DNA from: Solirubrobacterales bacterium
Lineage (GTDB): Bacteria; Actinomycetota; Thermoleophilia; Solirubrobacterales; Solirubrobacteraceae
Reading direction: 5' to 3'
NCBI GenBank assembly: GCA_025964175.1
Contig: JAOPZL010000214.1
Span: 1 to 46,988, forward strand
DNA length: 46,988 nucleotides
Shown here: in pieces, positions 9,243 to 19,367 of the stretch
How the letters are laid out: every line of letters begins with the position of its first letter
Numbering within the stretch: position 1 is the stretch's first letter
Notes under the pieces: generated by a model
The model's database searches: none
The model's input: only the letters and a program-made list of their open reading frames with translations
Told to the model about the DNA's origin: nothing
Made by a program: the position numbers and the translations under genes

Positions 9243-9415
9243 GGCACCGATGATCGAGCGCCGCGGGCGCCGGCGGAAGCGGGCTCGACGAATGTCGGTG
9301 GTGGATCCGGCGCCGCAAACCCGCGCCGACCGTCGCCACTGCGGGTATGTTCGATGCCCACGGTGCGGGTCGGCTGACCCCGATCGATCGGGTGAATCCG
9401 ACCGTGCGGGCCCGG

Positions 9416-9432
9416 GTAATATGTTACATTAC
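9416..9432. promoter_or_regulatory. Candidate GntR operator, motif A copy 1 (GTAATATGTTACATTAC)
   Basis: AT-rich quasi-palindrome 28 nt upstream of gntR. Its 9417-9430 reverse complement is identical to 11910-11923. Confidence 0.7.
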
Positions 9433-9459
9433 GCTCCGGGTCGTAAGGAGGAATGAACC

Positions 9460-10143
9460 ATGCTGGAGCCAGTACCGAGAGCGTCGAACCTTCGGCAACG
9501 TGCTGAGATAGCCATCCGCGGTGGGATCATCACCGGGGAGATCGAGCCGGGAGAGATCTACTCTGCCCCGGCTTTGGCCAAGCAGCTGGGGGTCTCCGCG
9601 ACGCCGGTCCGCGAGGCGATGCTCGACCTCGCCGGCGAGGGGCTCGTGGAGTCGGTTCCCAACCGGGGGTTCCGCGTCGTGCCGCTGCTGGAATCCGATC
9701 TCGACGAGATCACCGACCTGCGCGTGCTGATCGAGGTACCCGCCGTAGCGGCGCTGGCCAGCCGGCCGGACACGCTCGACGCCGACGCGCTCGCCCACTT
9801 CCGCTCCGCGGCCGACGAGATCGACCGGCTGGCCGGGGTCGCCGACCTGCCGACCTTCATCGACGCCGACCGCGTCTTCCACCTCGAGCTCCTGGGCCTC
9901 TACGGCAACCAGCGGCTCGTGAAGATGGTGGAGCGCCTGCGCAACTCGACGCGCCGCTACGGCTTGCGGCAGCTCAACCGCGCCACGCTCGCCGCCAACG
10001 CCCGCGAACACCACGGGATCCTCGACGCGCTCGCCGCGGGAGACGACCCCGGGGTGCGCCGGCTCATGGAGCACCATGTCCGCACCAACCGGGGCATCCT
10101 CGCCGGACGATCGTCGGTGGCCGAGGCTCCGGCCGCACGCTGA
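9460..10143 (+). CDS. GntR family transcriptional regulator (wHTH + FCD)
   Basis: LAKQLGVSATPVREAM...PNRGFRV helix-turn-helix; FCD motifs DRVFH and EHHGILDAL; RBS AAGGAGGA. Confidence 0.95.
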   Translation: MLEPVPRASNLRQRAEIAIRGGIITGEIEPGEIYSAPALAKQLGVSATPVREAMLDLAGEGLVESVPNRGFRVVPLLESDLDEITDLRVLIEVPAVAALASRPDTLDADALAHFRSAADEIDRLAGVADLPTFIDADRVFHLELLGLYGNQRLVKMVERLRNSTRRYGLRQLNRATLAANAREHHGILDALAAGDDPGVRRLMEHHVRTNRGILAGRSSVAEAPAAR

Positions 10144-10149
10144 CCGCGG

Positions 10150-11868
10150 TCAGACGAGCGGCAGGAGGACGTGCGACGGCCACCGCTCGTCGTGGTGCAC
10201 GAGCTGGTGCGCCACGACGATCTCGGAGGCCTTGAGGTTGTTGGCGGCGCCCGAGTTGAGGTTGCGCTCGTAGCGGGGGAACCAGCTGCTGGTGATCTCC
10301 AGCCGGATCCGGTGGCCGGGCAGGAACCGGTTGGCCGTCCCGTAGAGGTCGATCTCGTACCGCTCCACCTGGCCGGGGGTGAGCAGGGTCGGCTCCTCCA
10401 TCGAGGAGCGGAAGCGGGCCCGCACCAGGCCGTGCACGAGGAACTGGGCGTATCCGTCGGGGTGCACGTCGACGAGCCGCACGTGCCAGTCGGTGTCGCG
10501 GGCCGAGGAGGAGGCGTAGAGCACGCAGCTGACCGGGCCGATCACGTCCAGCGCCTCGTCCAGCGGCTCGGTCGTGTAGGACAGGACGTCGGGCCGCTCG
10601 AGCAGCGCCGCGTCGTCGATCGGGCCGTTGTGCATGCTCCACGCCGAGCGCACCGGGTCGGCCGGGTCGTAGCGGTACCCGTCCGGGGCTTCCGCCGCGG
10701 GCGCCTCGGCGCTGAGCCCGCCGTCGGCTCGCAGGTGGAAGGGCACGAAGCGCGTTCCCGGCAGCGGCCATTCCTCGCTGCCGCGCCACTCGTTGGCGCC
10801 CATGACGAAGACCTGGACGCGGGGGTCGGCGTCGAGGCCGTTGTCGTCGTCCTTGAGCCAGCGGTCGAGGAAACGGGTGACGTAGTCGGCGAGGCCGCCG
10901 ACCGCGTGCGGGCCGAAGTCGACCGGGCCCTGGCCGGCGCTGACGTCGGCCCAGTGGGCCCATGGCCCCATGACCAGCCGCTGGGCGTCGCGCGCCTCGG
11001 GCGCGCCGGCGGCGCGGACGCGCGCGTAGTTGCGCAGCGCGCCGTGGAGCGTCAGGTCGTACCAGCCGCTGATGTTCAGCGCGGCGACGCCGATCCCCTC
11101 GAGCTGCTCCCGGTAGGAGGACTGCTGCCAGTAGGCGTCGCGGTTGGGGTGGGCCATCATCTCCTCCCACCACGCCGGGACCTGCGCGCCCGCCGCGCGC
11201 GGGAGGTCGGCAACCGGCAGGGTCTCGAACCAGTCGTGCTCGTCGGCCAGCACGTTGTGCATGAAGTCGCGGATCTGGAACGACCGCCGCCCCATGGTCA
11301 GCAGCAGCTCGGCCGTGGGGAGGTTGAAGACGCCGTTGAAGACGGGGAAGCCGGAGTCGAACAGGTCGGGCTGCGCGCCGATCGGCACGATGGCCTTGAG
11401 GCCGGTCGGACGGGTCGCCGCCGCCGCCCACTGCGTGAAGCCGACGTAGGAGCGCCCGACCATCCCGATGTTGCCGTCGCACCACGGCTGGGCCGCGATC
11501 CACTCGACCGTGTCGTGGCCGTCGGACTGCTCGTGGATGTAGAGGTGCCAGTCGCCGTCGGAGTTGAAGCGCCCGCGGACGTCCTGGATCGCGACGATGT
11601 AGCCGCGGCGCACCAGCCCGTGGAGGAACGCGTGGTCGTAGGGCAGCCCCTCGCTCGTCCCGGGCGCGACCTCGCGGGCGACGACCTTGTCGTAGGGCGT
11701 GCGGATGAGGACGACGGGGAACGGGCCGTCGGCATCCGGGCGCAGCAGGTCGAGGCACAGGATCGTGCCGTCGCGGGCCGGCAGCTCGAGGCCGTGCGTC
11801 GTGCGCACGCGGTCGAAGCGGGGCGAGGAGATCGGTTCCTGGGGAAGGCCGGATCCGGGGTCGCGCAT
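10150..11868 (-). CDS. CocE/NonD family serine hydrolase (peptidase S15 / alpha-amino acid ester hydrolase-like)
   Basis: RTPY, QDVRGRFNSDG, nucleophile elbow GRSYVG, GWYD and GPWAH motifs, plus a C-terminal jelly-roll (SSWFPRYERN). RBS AGGAGG precedes ATG 11868; 572 aa. Confidence 0.93.
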   Translation of the reverse strand: MRDPGSGLPQEPISSPRFDRVRTTHGLELPARDGTILCLDLLRPDADGPFPVVLIRTPYDKVVAREVAPGTSEGLPYDHAFLHGLVRRGYIVAIQDVRGRFNSDGDWHLYIHEQSDGHDTVEWIAAQPWCDGNIGMVGRSYVGFTQWAAAATRPTGLKAIVPIGAQPDLFDSGFPVFNGVFNLPTAELLLTMGRRSFQIRDFMHNVLADEHDWFETLPVADLPRAAGAQVPAWWEEMMAHPNRDAYWQQSSYREQLEGIGVAALNISGWYDLTLHGALRNYARVRAAGAPEARDAQRLVMGPWAHWADVSAGQGPVDFGPHAVGGLADYVTRFLDRWLKDDDNGLDADPRVQVFVMGANEWRGSEEWPLPGTRFVPFHLRADGGLSAEAPAAEAPDGYRYDPADPVRSAWSMHNGPIDDAALLERPDVLSYTTEPLDEALDVIGPVSCVLYASSSARDTDWHVRLVDVHPDGYAQFLVHGLVRARFRSSMEEPTLLTPGQVERYEIDLYGTANRFLPGHRIRLEITSSWFPRYERNLNSGAANNLKASEIVVAHQLVHHDERWPSHVLLPLV

Positions 11869-11905
11869 CGTTGTCCTCCTGGGCCTGAGTCCCGCCCGTG
11901 GCGGC

Positions 11906-11925
11906 GTGCAATGTAACATATTATA
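11906..11925. promoter_or_regulatory. Candidate GntR operator / divergent promoter, motif A copy 2 (GTGCAATGTAACATATTATA)
   Basis: Lies between the divergent CocE and hydantoinase B1 genes and contains ATGTAACAT. Confidence 0.72.
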
Positions 11926-11960
11926 CCGTCGCCGCCCCGCATCGAGAAGGAGCCCGGTCC

Positions 11961-13664
11961 ATGAGCCCCACCGCCACGACGATCGATCCCATCACCACGG
12001 AGATCATCCGCAACGCCTTCATCTCCGCCGCCGAGGAGATGAACGCGACCCTGATCCGGTCCTCCTACAGCCCGATCATCTACGAGGCCAAGGACTGCTC
12101 GGTCGGGCTCATGGACGAGAACAAGCGCGTCCTCGGCCAGTCCGCCGGGCTGCCCATCTTCCTGGGCAACCTGGAGATCTGCATCGAGCTGACCGAGGCG
12201 CGGTTCGGTCCCCAGGTGTGGGCGCCGGGCGACGTGTGGCTGCTCAACGACTCCTACATGACCGGCACGCATCTCGGGGACGTCACGGTGTTCGCCCCGA
12301 TCTACTGGCGCGAGCAGCTCGTCGGCTTCTCGGCCTCGCGTGCCCATTGGCTGGACATCGGCGCCAAGGACCTGCCGGCGCCCACGGACTCGACCGAGAT
12401 CTACCAGGAGGGCATCCGCCTGGGGCCGACCCGGGTCATGGCCGGCGGGGTCCTGCGTGACGACATCGTCGACATCCTCCAGCGCAACTCGCGGTTCCCG
12501 GCGCTCCTGGTCGGCGACCTCCACGCGCAGATCGCCGTCGCCCGCACCGGCGAGCGGCGGCTGGGCTCCATCCTCGATCGCTACGGCCTCGACGTCGTCC
12601 GCGGCGCCCGCGACCAGATCTTCGCCCAGAGCGAGCTGCTCGACCGCGCCGCGGTGGCGCAGATCCCCGACGGCGTGTACGAGGCCGAGGGCTGCCTCGA
12701 CAACGACGGCGTGACCGACGACCCGTTCTGGGTCCGCCTGCGCATCGAGGTCGACGGCGACGAGATGCGCGTCGACCTGGGCGAGTCCAGCGACATGGCG
12801 CGCGGCGCGATCAACTGCGGCGAGGCGCAGGCGGTCTCGGCCTGCCGCGTCGCGTTCAAGCGGCTGGTCAACCCCGACCGCCCGGTCACCGGCGGCACCT
12901 TCGTGCCGCTGACCGTGACGGTGCGCAAGGGCTCGCTGCTCGCCGCCGAGGAGCCGGCCGCGTGCCAGTGGTACTTCAGCCCGCTGGGCCTGCTCATCGA
13001 CCTGTTCACCCAGGCGCTGGCCCCGGTGCTGCCCCAGCGGGTCGCCGCGGCCAGCTACGGCGACTCCATGGTCAGCTACATCTCGGGGCTGCGCGACCGC
13101 AACGGCGAGCTGTTCGTCAACATCGACTGCCTGGTCGGCGGCTGGGGCGCGTGGGACGGCGCCGACGGCGAGAGCAGCCTCATCAACAGCGTCAACGGCT
13201 CGATCCAGGACTTCCCGATCGAGATCGTCGAGTCGCGCTACCCGCTGCGCGTGCGCCGCTACGCCGTACGCAACGGCTCCGCGGGCGCGGGGCGCTGGCG
13301 CGGTGGGTGCGGGACGATCCGCGAGTTCGAGATCGAGTCCGACGACATCTGGATCAGCCTGTGGTACGAGCGCTCCAAGACGCCGGCCTGGGGGCTGTTC
13401 GGCGGGTCGGCCGGAGCGCCGCCGCGGGTCGACGTCAACCCCGCGACCCCGGGTGCGCGGCAGCTGCTCAAGGTCAACCGGCTCGAGCTCCACGCCGGCG
13501 ACGTCGTCGTCTGCCGCTCGGGCGGTGGCGGGGGGTTCGGCGATCCCCTCGAGCGCGATCCGCAGCTGGTGGCGCAGGACGTGGCCGAGCGCTTCGTCAC
13601 CGTCGACCAGGCCCGCGAGCAGTACGGGTGGAACCCGGAAGAGGGCGAGATCGCGGTCGCTTGA
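11961..13664 (+). CDS. Hydantoinase B / 5-oxoprolinase family subunit (B1)
   Basis: DPITTEIIRNAF, SYSPIIYE, NDSYMTGTHLGD, AHWLDIG, EIYQEG and GGGGGFGDPLERD motifs. RBS GAAGGAG; 567 aa. Confidence 0.95.
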   Translation: MSPTATTIDPITTEIIRNAFISAAEEMNATLIRSSYSPIIYEAKDCSVGLMDENKRVLGQSAGLPIFLGNLEICIELTEARFGPQVWAPGDVWLLNDSYMTGTHLGDVTVFAPIYWREQLVGFSASRAHWLDIGAKDLPAPTDSTEIYQEGIRLGPTRVMAGGVLRDDIVDILQRNSRFPALLVGDLHAQIAVARTGERRLGSILDRYGLDVVRGARDQIFAQSELLDRAAVAQIPDGVYEAEGCLDNDGVTDDPFWVRLRIEVDGDEMRVDLGESSDMARGAINCGEAQAVSACRVAFKRLVNPDRPVTGGTFVPLTVTVRKGSLLAAEEPAACQWYFSPLGLLIDLFTQALAPVLPQRVAAASYGDSMVSYISGLRDRNGELFVNIDCLVGGWGAWDGADGESSLINSVNGSIQDFPIEIVESRYPLRVRRYAVRNGSAGAGRWRGGCGTIREFEIESDDIWISLWYERSKTPAWGLFGGSAGAPPRVDVNPATPGARQLLKVNRLELHAGDVVVCRSGGGGGFGDPLERDPQLVAQDVAERFVTVDQAREQYGWNPEEGEIAVA

Positions 13665-13689
13665 CACGCGCAGTGCCATGTAACATAGT
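13661..13689 (+). promoter_or_regulatory. Internal sigma70-type promoter (TTGACA-N17-CATAGT) overlapped by motif A copy 3 (ATGTAACAT 13678-13686)
   Basis: Perfect TTGACA built on the B1 stop codon, a 17-nt spacer, and an operator overlapping the -10 element. Confidence 0.65.
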
Positions 13690-13724
13690 ACCCCGCGAAA
13701 CGGCGTTCGGCAGGAGGATCTTGG

Positions 13725-15758
13725 GTGGGCCATCTTCGAGTCTCGATGGATATTGGCGGCACGTTCACGGACGTCGTCGCGTATGACGAGCGGGACGGCT
13801 CCTACGCCACCGGCAAGACCTCGACGACCCCCGGTGACCTGACCGCGGGGGTCCTCGCCGGGCTCGAGCAGGTGGTCGGGTCGGCCCAGGACATCTCGTT
13901 CGTCGTCCACGGGACGACACAGGGGCTCAACGCCTTCCTGCAGCGCCGCGGCGAGCGCGTGCTGCTGCTGGCCACGGCCGGCGCCGGCGACGTCTACCAC
14001 ATCGCCCGCGGAGCGCGCAGCAAGCTCTACGACCTGCATTACCGCAAGCCGCAGCCGCTGGTGCCGCGCAGCGACATCGCCGAGATCAGCGGGCGGCTGG
14101 ACTACCGCGGCCAGGAGCTGGAGCCCCTGGACGAGGGCGACCTGCGCGCCGCGGTGGCGCAGGCGCGCGAGGCCGGCATCACGGCGTTCGCGATCGCCTT
14201 CCTGTTCAGCTACCTCAACCCCGCCCACGAGCTCGAGGCCGAGCGGATCATCCGCGAGCTGCATCCCGAGGCGTCGATCTCGCTCTCCCACCGGGTCGCG
14301 CGGGAGTGGCGGGAGTACGAGCGCACCTCGTCGGTGGTCCTCAACGCGTACATCGCCCCGACGGTCGAGCGCTACCTCGTGCGCCTGCAGGACTCGCTCG
14401 ACGAGCGCGGCCTGTCCGTCCCCCTGCACGTGATGCAGTCCAACGGCGGGATCCTCACCGCGCAGGCGGCCCGCGAGCACCCGATCCAGACGCTGCTGTC
14501 CGGTCCCGCCGGCGGGACCATGGGCGGCGCGGCTCTGTCGCAGACGCTCGGTCGACCCAACCTGCTGTGCGTGGACATGGGCGGCACGAGCTTCGACATG
14601 AGCCTGATCGTCGACGGCGAGCCCGACACGGTGCAGGAGACCGAGCTCGAGGGCCTGCCGCTGCTCATGCCGATCGTCAAGATCCACACGATCGGCGCCG
14701 GAGGCGGCTCGATGGCCTACGTCGAGGCCGGCGGCCTGCGCGTCGGCCCCGAGAGCGCCGGGGCGCAGCCCGGGCCCGCCTGCTACGGCCGCGGGGGGAC
14801 GCGCCCGACGGTGACCGACGCCAACCTCGTGCTGGGCCGCATCGACCCCGCCTACTTCCTGGGCGGGAAGATGGAGCTCGACGTCGCGGCCGCCGAGGCG
14901 GCGATCGCCTCGCTGGCCGCCGAGCTGTCGATCGAGCCGGTGGCGCTCGCCGAGGGCATCCTCGACGTCGTCAACGCCAAGATGGCCCAGGCCATCCGCA
15001 CGATCACCGTCGAGAAGGGCATCGCGCCCAGCGACTTCGCCATCGTCGCCTTCGGCGGCGCGGGCGCCATGCATGCGGCCTTCCTGGCGCAGGAGCTCGA
15101 GATCCCCGAGGTCATCGTGCCGGTCTTCCCCGGCGCCTTCTCGGCCTGGGGGATGCTCCACACCAAGCTGCGCCACGACTTCACCACGCCGTACTACAAG
15201 CCGGTGGCCGACGTCGACGTCGCCGAGATCACGGCACGGCTGGAGGAGCTGGCGCAGGAGGGCCGCTCGGCGCTGCTCGCCGACGGGGTCCCGCCGGCCG
15301 GCATCGCCTCGTCGTGGCTGGTCGACATGCGCTACGTCGCCCAGGAGTACTCGCTGCCCGTCCCGGTCGGCGCCGGTGAGCTCGAGGATCCCGCCTTCGC
15401 GACGATCCTCTCCGACCGCTTCCACCGCGTCTACGACCAGCGCTACGGGCACGCCAACGCGTCGGCTCCGGTCGAGTTCGTCAGCCTGCGCGCCACGGTC
15501 CACGGCGACCTCGGCCGCGCCGAGGCCCGGCGTTCCCCGCGCGTGGACGGGGAGGCTCCCACCGCGGCGTCGCGCGAGGTCGTCTTCCAGCGCACCGCCC
15601 AGCAGGCGCAGGTCGTCGTGCGCGACCGCCTGAACGCCGGCTCGACGGTGACCGGCCCGGCGATCATCGAGGAGCCCACCGCGACGACCGTGGTGCCGCC
15701 CGGCTGGACCGCCGCCGTCGACGAGCTCGGCGTCATCGTCCTGCGCGCGACGAGCTGA
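13725..15758 (+). CDS. Hydantoinase A / oxoprolinase ATP-binding subunit (A1)
   Basis: DIGGTFTD, HGTT, REYERTS, LSGPAGG, DMGGTSFD, IGAGGGS, GPESAGAQPGPACY, PTVTDAN and FGGAG motifs; RBS AGGAGG. Confidence 0.95.
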   Translation: MGHLRVSMDIGGTFTDVVAYDERDGSYATGKTSTTPGDLTAGVLAGLEQVVGSAQDISFVVHGTTQGLNAFLQRRGERVLLLATAGAGDVYHIARGARSKLYDLHYRKPQPLVPRSDIAEISGRLDYRGQELEPLDEGDLRAAVAQAREAGITAFAIAFLFSYLNPAHELEAERIIRELHPEASISLSHRVAREWREYERTSSVVLNAYIAPTVERYLVRLQDSLDERGLSVPLHVMQSNGGILTAQAAREHPIQTLLSGPAGGTMGGAALSQTLGRPNLLCVDMGGTSFDMSLIVDGEPDTVQETELEGLPLLMPIVKIHTIGAGGGSMAYVEAGGLRVGPESAGAQPGPACYGRGGTRPTVTDANLVLGRIDPAYFLGGKMELDVAAAEAAIASLAAELSIEPVALAEGILDVVNAKMAQAIRTITVEKGIAPSDFAIVAFGGAGAMHAAFLAQELEIPEVIVPVFPGAFSAWGMLHTKLRHDFTTPYYKPVADVDVAEITARLEELAQEGRSALLADGVPPAGIASSWLVDMRYVAQEYSLPVPVGAGELEDPAFATILSDRFHRVYDQRYGHANASAPVEFVSLRATVHGDLGRAEARRSPRVDGEAPTAASREVVFQRTAQQAQVVVRDRLNAGSTVTGPAIIEEPTATTVVPPGWTAAVDELGVIVLRATS

Positions 15759-15771
15759 CCCGAGAGGCATC

Positions 15772-17310
15772 ATGAGCACAGGCGCGCGGTTGATCGAGGT
15801 CGAGGAAGTCCACAAGCGCTTCGGCGGCGTCCACGCCGTCCGCGGCGTCTCGCTGGGCTTCGACGCCGGGACCATCGTCGGGCTGGTCGGCGAGAACGGC
15901 GCCGGGAAGTCGACGATCGGGAAGATGATCGCCGGGCTGCTGCGCCCCGACGAGGGCCGGATCCTCGTCGCCGGCCAGGAGGTGCGGTTCCACACGCCGC
16001 GCGACGCGCTGCGCGCCGGCATCGGGATCATCACCCAGGAGCTGTCGATCATCCCGTCGCGCAGCGTCGTCGAGAACGTGTTCCTGGGGATCGAGCAGGC
16101 GTCGTTCGGCCTCGTCTCCAAGCCCGCCCTGCGCAAGCGCTACGCCGAGCTGGCCGAGCTGACCGGCTTCGAGATCGAGCCCGAGACCAAGGCCCGCGAC
16201 CTGCGCACCGCCGAGCAGATCCGCGTCGAGATCATGCGCGCGCTCGCGCGCGACGCGCGCGTGATCGTGATGGACGAGGTCACCGCGGCGCTGACCTTCG
16301 ACGAGTCCGAGCGGCTCTTCGAGATCGTCCGCACGCTGCGCGAGCGCGGCACCTCCGTGGTGTACGTGTCGCACTTCCTGCAGGAGGTGCTGGCGCTCGT
16401 CGACGAGGTCTTCGTGATGCGCGACGGTCTGCTCGTCAAGCAGGCGCCGGCGAGCGAGGAGACGCCGAAGTCGCTCGTCACGGCGATGGTCGGGCGCTCG
16501 CTCGACGTCGTGTTCCCGCCCCGTCCGGCGGTGCCCGACGACGCTCCCGTGGTCTGCTCGATGAAGGGGATCACCCGCGCGGGCGTGGTCGAGGACGTCT
16601 CGATCGACGTGCGGGCCGGCGAGGTCGTCGGCCTGGCCGGGCTGATCGGCAGCGGGCGCACCGAGCTGGTCCGCTGCGTCTTCGGGGCCGACCCGCTGGA
16701 CAGCGGCACCGTCGAGATGCTCGGCGAGCCGGTCAAGATCCGCAAGCCGGGCGACGCCGTCCGCGCCGGGATCGCGATGGTGCCCGAGTCGCGCAAGGAC
16801 CAGGGCCTGATGATGGGCCGGTCGATCTCGGAGAACGTCACGCTGCCGCACCTGGACCAGGTCAGCAACGGCGGCGTCATCAACGGCGGGCGCGAGGGCT
16901 CCGCGGTGCGCGCCCTGACCGAGCGGCTCGGCGTTCGCGCCCCGTCGATCCGCACGCTGGTCGAGACGCTGTCGGGCGGCAACCAGCAGAAGGTGCTGTT
17001 CGCCAAGTGGCTCTTCCGCTCGCCGCGCTTCCTGATCGCCGACGAGCCCACTCGCGGCGTCGACGTCGGCGCCAAGCAGCAGATCTACGAGCTGATCGCG
17101 TCGCTGGCCGAGCAGGGCCTGGGCGTCCTGCTCATCTCCTCCGAGCTCGAGGAGGTGCTCGGCCTGTCGCATCGCGTGCTCGTGATGCGCGAGGGCCGGA
17201 TCGTCGCCGAGTTCCCCCAGGGCGTCAGCCAGGAGACCGTGATGCAGGCGGCCTTCGGCGAGCAGCCCACCGTCGTCCCCCACCAATCAGCTGGAAGGAA
17301 CGCCTCGTGA
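15772..17310 (+). CDS. Sugar-type (CUT2/RbsA-like) ABC transporter ATP-binding protein, two NBDs
   Basis: Walker A GENGAGKST, GLIGSGRTE, LSGGNQQK, DEPTRGVDVGAK and ISSELEE motifs. Confidence 0.95.
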   Translation: MSTGARLIEVEEVHKRFGGVHAVRGVSLGFDAGTIVGLVGENGAGKSTIGKMIAGLLRPDEGRILVAGQEVRFHTPRDALRAGIGIITQELSIIPSRSVVENVFLGIEQASFGLVSKPALRKRYAELAELTGFEIEPETKARDLRTAEQIRVEIMRALARDARVIVMDEVTAALTFDESERLFEIVRTLRERGTSVVYVSHFLQEVLALVDEVFVMRDGLLVKQAPASEETPKSLVTAMVGRSLDVVFPPRPAVPDDAPVVCSMKGITRAGVVEDVSIDVRAGEVVGLAGLIGSGRTELVRCVFGADPLDSGTVEMLGEPVKIRKPGDAVRAGIAMVPESRKDQGLMMGRSISENVTLPHLDQVSNGGVINGGREGSAVRALTERLGVRAPSIRTLVETLSGGNQQKVLFAKWLFRSPRFLIADEPTRGVDVGAKQQIYELIASLAEQGLGVLLISSELEEVLGLSHRVLVMREGRIVAEFPQGVSQETVMQAAFGEQPTVVPHQSAGRNAS

Positions 17311-19367
17311 ACGAGGATGGAGCAGGCAAGCGCCTCGGAATCGACGTCGGTGGCACCTACACCGACCTGGTGCTGCTCGATGAGAGCGGCGTGCCCGTCT
17401 CGCTGAAGGTGCCGTCCGTCCCCGGCGATCCCGCCCGCGGCGTGCTCGACGGCATCGACGCCCTCGGCGTCGACGTCTCCGAGCTGGAGATGATCGTCCA
17501 CGGCAGCACGATCGGCGTCAACGCGATCATCCAGGGCACGGGCGCGCGTACCGGCCTGCTCACCACCGCCGGCTTCGAGGACGTCCTCGAGATCGGCACG
17601 CAGAGCAAGCCCGAGATGTACAACCTCCTCTACCGCAAGCCGCGGCCGCTGGTCGCGCGCGAGCACCGCCTCGGCGTCGACGAGCGGATGACCTTCGAAG
17701 GCGAGGTGCTGCGCGCCCCCGACGCCGAGGAGATCGTCGCCAAGGTCCAGGAGCTGGTCGACGACGGGCTGTCGTCGCTGGCCATCTCGACGCTCCACTC
17801 CTACGCCAATCCGGCCAGCGAGGCGGCGATCAAGGCGACCGTCGCCGAGCGGTTCCCCGAGCTGACGCTCTCGGTCTCGTCGGAGATCGCCAACCAGCGC
17901 CGGGAGTACGAGCGCACGAGCACGACGGTGGTCAACGCCTACATCGCGCCACCCGTCGCCGCCTACCTCAACCAGCTGCTGGAGCGGGTGCAGGAGCGCG
18001 GGTTCCACGGCCCGGTCTTCATCATGCGCTCCAACGGCGGGGTCATGAGCGCCCAGCTCGCCCGCGAGGTGCCCGTCCACACGCTGCTGTCCGGACCGGT
18101 TGCCGGCAGCATCGCCGGGCGCATCATCGGGGCGTCGACCGACACGCCGAACGTCATCACGTTCGACATGGGCGGCACGAGCTGCGACGTCTCCGTCATC
18201 CTCGACGGCGATCCCAGCCAGAGCTTCGAGGCCGACGTCGAGGGCCATCCGGTGATGACGCCCCTGGTCGACATCGACTACATCGGCGCCGGCGGAGGCT
18301 CGATCGCCAAGGTCGTCGGCGATCGCTCGCTGCGCGTGGGACCGGAGAGCGCGGGCGCCGTGCCCGGACCCGCCTGCTACGGCAAGGGCGGCACCGAGCC
18401 GACCGTCAGCGACGCCAACGTCCTGCTCGGCCGGCTCGATCCGGAGGGCACGCTGGCCGGCGGCATCCCACTGCGGCCCGACCTGGCCGAGACGGCGATC
18501 CGCGAGCACCTCGCGGAGCCGCTGGAGATGTCGCTGCAGGAGGCGGCGCTCGGCGTCATCGACATCGCCAACGTGAAGATGGCGTACGCGATCCGCGCCG
18601 TGACGGTCGAGCAGGGGCTGGATCCGCGCGACTTCGCGCTGATCGCCTTCGGTGGCGCCGGTCCGCTGCACGCGCCGCTGATCGCCCAGATCGTCGGGAT
18701 CTCGCGCGTCATCGTGCCGTGGTCACCGGGCACCATCTGCGCCTGGGGCATGGTCAACACCGACCTGCGCCATGACGTCGTGCGCACCGTCGACTACGGC
18801 GGGCGGACGCTGGCCGTCGAGGAGGTCGCCGCGCTGTTCGCGCAGCTGGAGGACGAGGGCGCCCAGGCGCTCGTCGACCAGGGCGTCCACGTCGGCGACA
18901 TCGCCACCCGCCGCGCGATCGACATGCGCTACGGCGGGCAGGAGCACACGCTGACCATCGGGCTGCCCGAGGGACCGCTGTCGTCCGGCGCCCTGGAGAC
19001 GCTGCGCGCCTCCTTCGACGACACCCACCAGCGCCGGTACGCGCACTCCAGCCCCGACGAGGGCGTCGAGTTCGTCAACGTCCGGGTCGAGGCGATCGGG
19101 CGGCTGCGCAAGCCCGCGGCCGCCGCGGCGTCCACGAGCGCGCCGCGCGAGCCTGCGCCGCGGGGCACGCGTCCCGTCGTCTTCGCTCAGGGCACCAGCG
19201 AGACGCCGGTCTACACCCGCTCCGAGCTCGACCCCGGCGCGCGCATCGACGGTCCCGCCGTCATCGAGGAGGACGGCTCGAGCTCGCTCCTGCCGCCCGG
19301 CTTCAGCCTCGTCGTCGACGGGGCCCGCAACCTGCTGATCGACGTCCCGGAGGGCCAGCTCGTATGA
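17307..19367 (+). CDS. Hydantoinase A / oxoprolinase ATP-binding subunit (A2)
   Basis: GTG at 17307 overlaps the ATPase stop (GTGA). DVGGTYTD, REYERTST, DMGGTSCD and GPESAGAVPGPACY motifs; 686 aa. Confidence 0.94.
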   Translation: MNEDGAGKRLGIDVGGTYTDLVLLDESGVPVSLKVPSVPGDPARGVLDGIDALGVDVSELEMIVHGSTIGVNAIIQGTGARTGLLTTAGFEDVLEIGTQSKPEMYNLLYRKPRPLVAREHRLGVDERMTFEGEVLRAPDAEEIVAKVQELVDDGLSSLAISTLHSYANPASEAAIKATVAERFPELTLSVSSEIANQRREYERTSTTVVNAYIAPPVAAYLNQLLERVQERGFHGPVFIMRSNGGVMSAQLAREVPVHTLLSGPVAGSIAGRIIGASTDTPNVITFDMGGTSCDVSVILDGDPSQSFEADVEGHPVMTPLVDIDYIGAGGGSIAKVVGDRSLRVGPESAGAVPGPACYGKGGTEPTVSDANVLLGRLDPEGTLAGGIPLRPDLAETAIREHLAEPLEMSLQEAALGVIDIANVKMAYAIRAVTVEQGLDPRDFALIAFGGAGPLHAPLIAQIVGISRVIVPWSPGTICAWGMVNTDLRHDVVRTVDYGGRTLAVEEVAALFAQLEDEGAQALVDQGVHVGDIATRRAIDMRYGGQEHTLTIGLPEGPLSSGALETLRASFDDTHQRRYAHSSPDEGVEFVNVRVEAIGRLRKPAAAAASTSAPREPAPRGTRPVVFAQGTSETPVYTRSELDPGARIDGPAVIEEDGSSSLLPPGFSLVVDGARNLLIDVPEGQLV

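Noticed and set aside
11298-16136. 1612-aa minus-strand ORF
   Set aside because: It lies antisense to the well-supported hydantoinase and ABC genes, and its sequence is low-complexity and Arg/Gly/Ala-rich.
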